Positions 63,501-64,000 of a stretch of DNA of 64,000 nucleotides are shown here, one piece after another; within the stretch, counting starts at the first letter, position 1, and every line of letters begins with the position of its first letter. The translations under genes and the position numbers were made by a program. The DNA is taken from contig NC_086108.1 of the NCBI RefSeq assembly GCF_963921235.1, positions 26,724,001-26,788,000 on the forward strand, read 5' to 3'. Origin of the DNA: Mobula hypostoma (lineage: Eukaryota). Under the pieces are notes generated by a model, which saw only the letters and a list, made by a program, of their open reading frames with translations, ran no database searches and was not told the origin of the DNA.

Positions 63501-63928
63501 CTCTTACTAATGTGCCTTTGTGTAATGGGAGGAAATTGGAGCACATGATGGACTCAGAGAGAGAACAAATTTCACACAGACAGCACAAGAGGTCAGGATT
63601 GAATCCAGATCACTGGATTAATGAAGAGGAACTCTTCTAACTGCACCACTGTGCATGTTTTAAGACAGGTCCAATCATTTAAACATAACACCAAAGACAC
63701 AGCAAGTTCATCAGCGTTTGAAAGGTTTAATGGTTTCAAATATCCTCAGTTTCATTGAAGCCAAAAGAACTAGCAGTTTGCTAAAATAAATTAAAAACAA
63801 CTTAAACAAAACAGCAATTCATCTGCTTGACAGATGCTGTCTGATCTGCGAAATGTTCTGAGTTTTATTGCTCTCGCGGATGGCTGATTGTAGGTTTGGA
63901 CTTGGTTGGCAAAGGGCCTATTTTGTGT

Positions 63929-63969
<41 letters not shown>

Positions 63970-64000
63970 ATTCTCAACTTAAGAATGTCAGCATCTGCAA

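Overview
This is repeat-saturated vertebrate genomic DNA with no recognisable host protein-coding gene. The mix of CR1, Rex/Babar, Penelope and V-SINE-like families suggests a cartilaginous fish (inference). Almost the whole window is nested mobile DNA: CR1 and Rex/Babar LINEs, a twin-primed L1, three Gypsy-type LTR elements (one with Gmr1 domain order), SINEs, Tc1/mariner and Harbinger-like remnants, and Penelope termini with minimal hammerhead ribozyme motifs. Two viral fossils are only fragmentarily visible in the ORF track. (1) A heavily decayed foamy (spuma-like) endogenous retrovirus spans about 42.5-62.8 kb. It has ~2 kb LTRs, a Lys-like PBS, gag, RT/connection and three tandem, shortened env paralogues. 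(2) A ~1.4 kb endogenous parvoviral capsid fragment at about 25.4-26.8 kb ends in a degenerate telomere-repeat tract and splits a DNA-transposon-like ORF. Viral assignments come from manual translation across stops and frameshifts, compared with reference motifs recalled from memory. No database search was run, and many boundaries are approximate.
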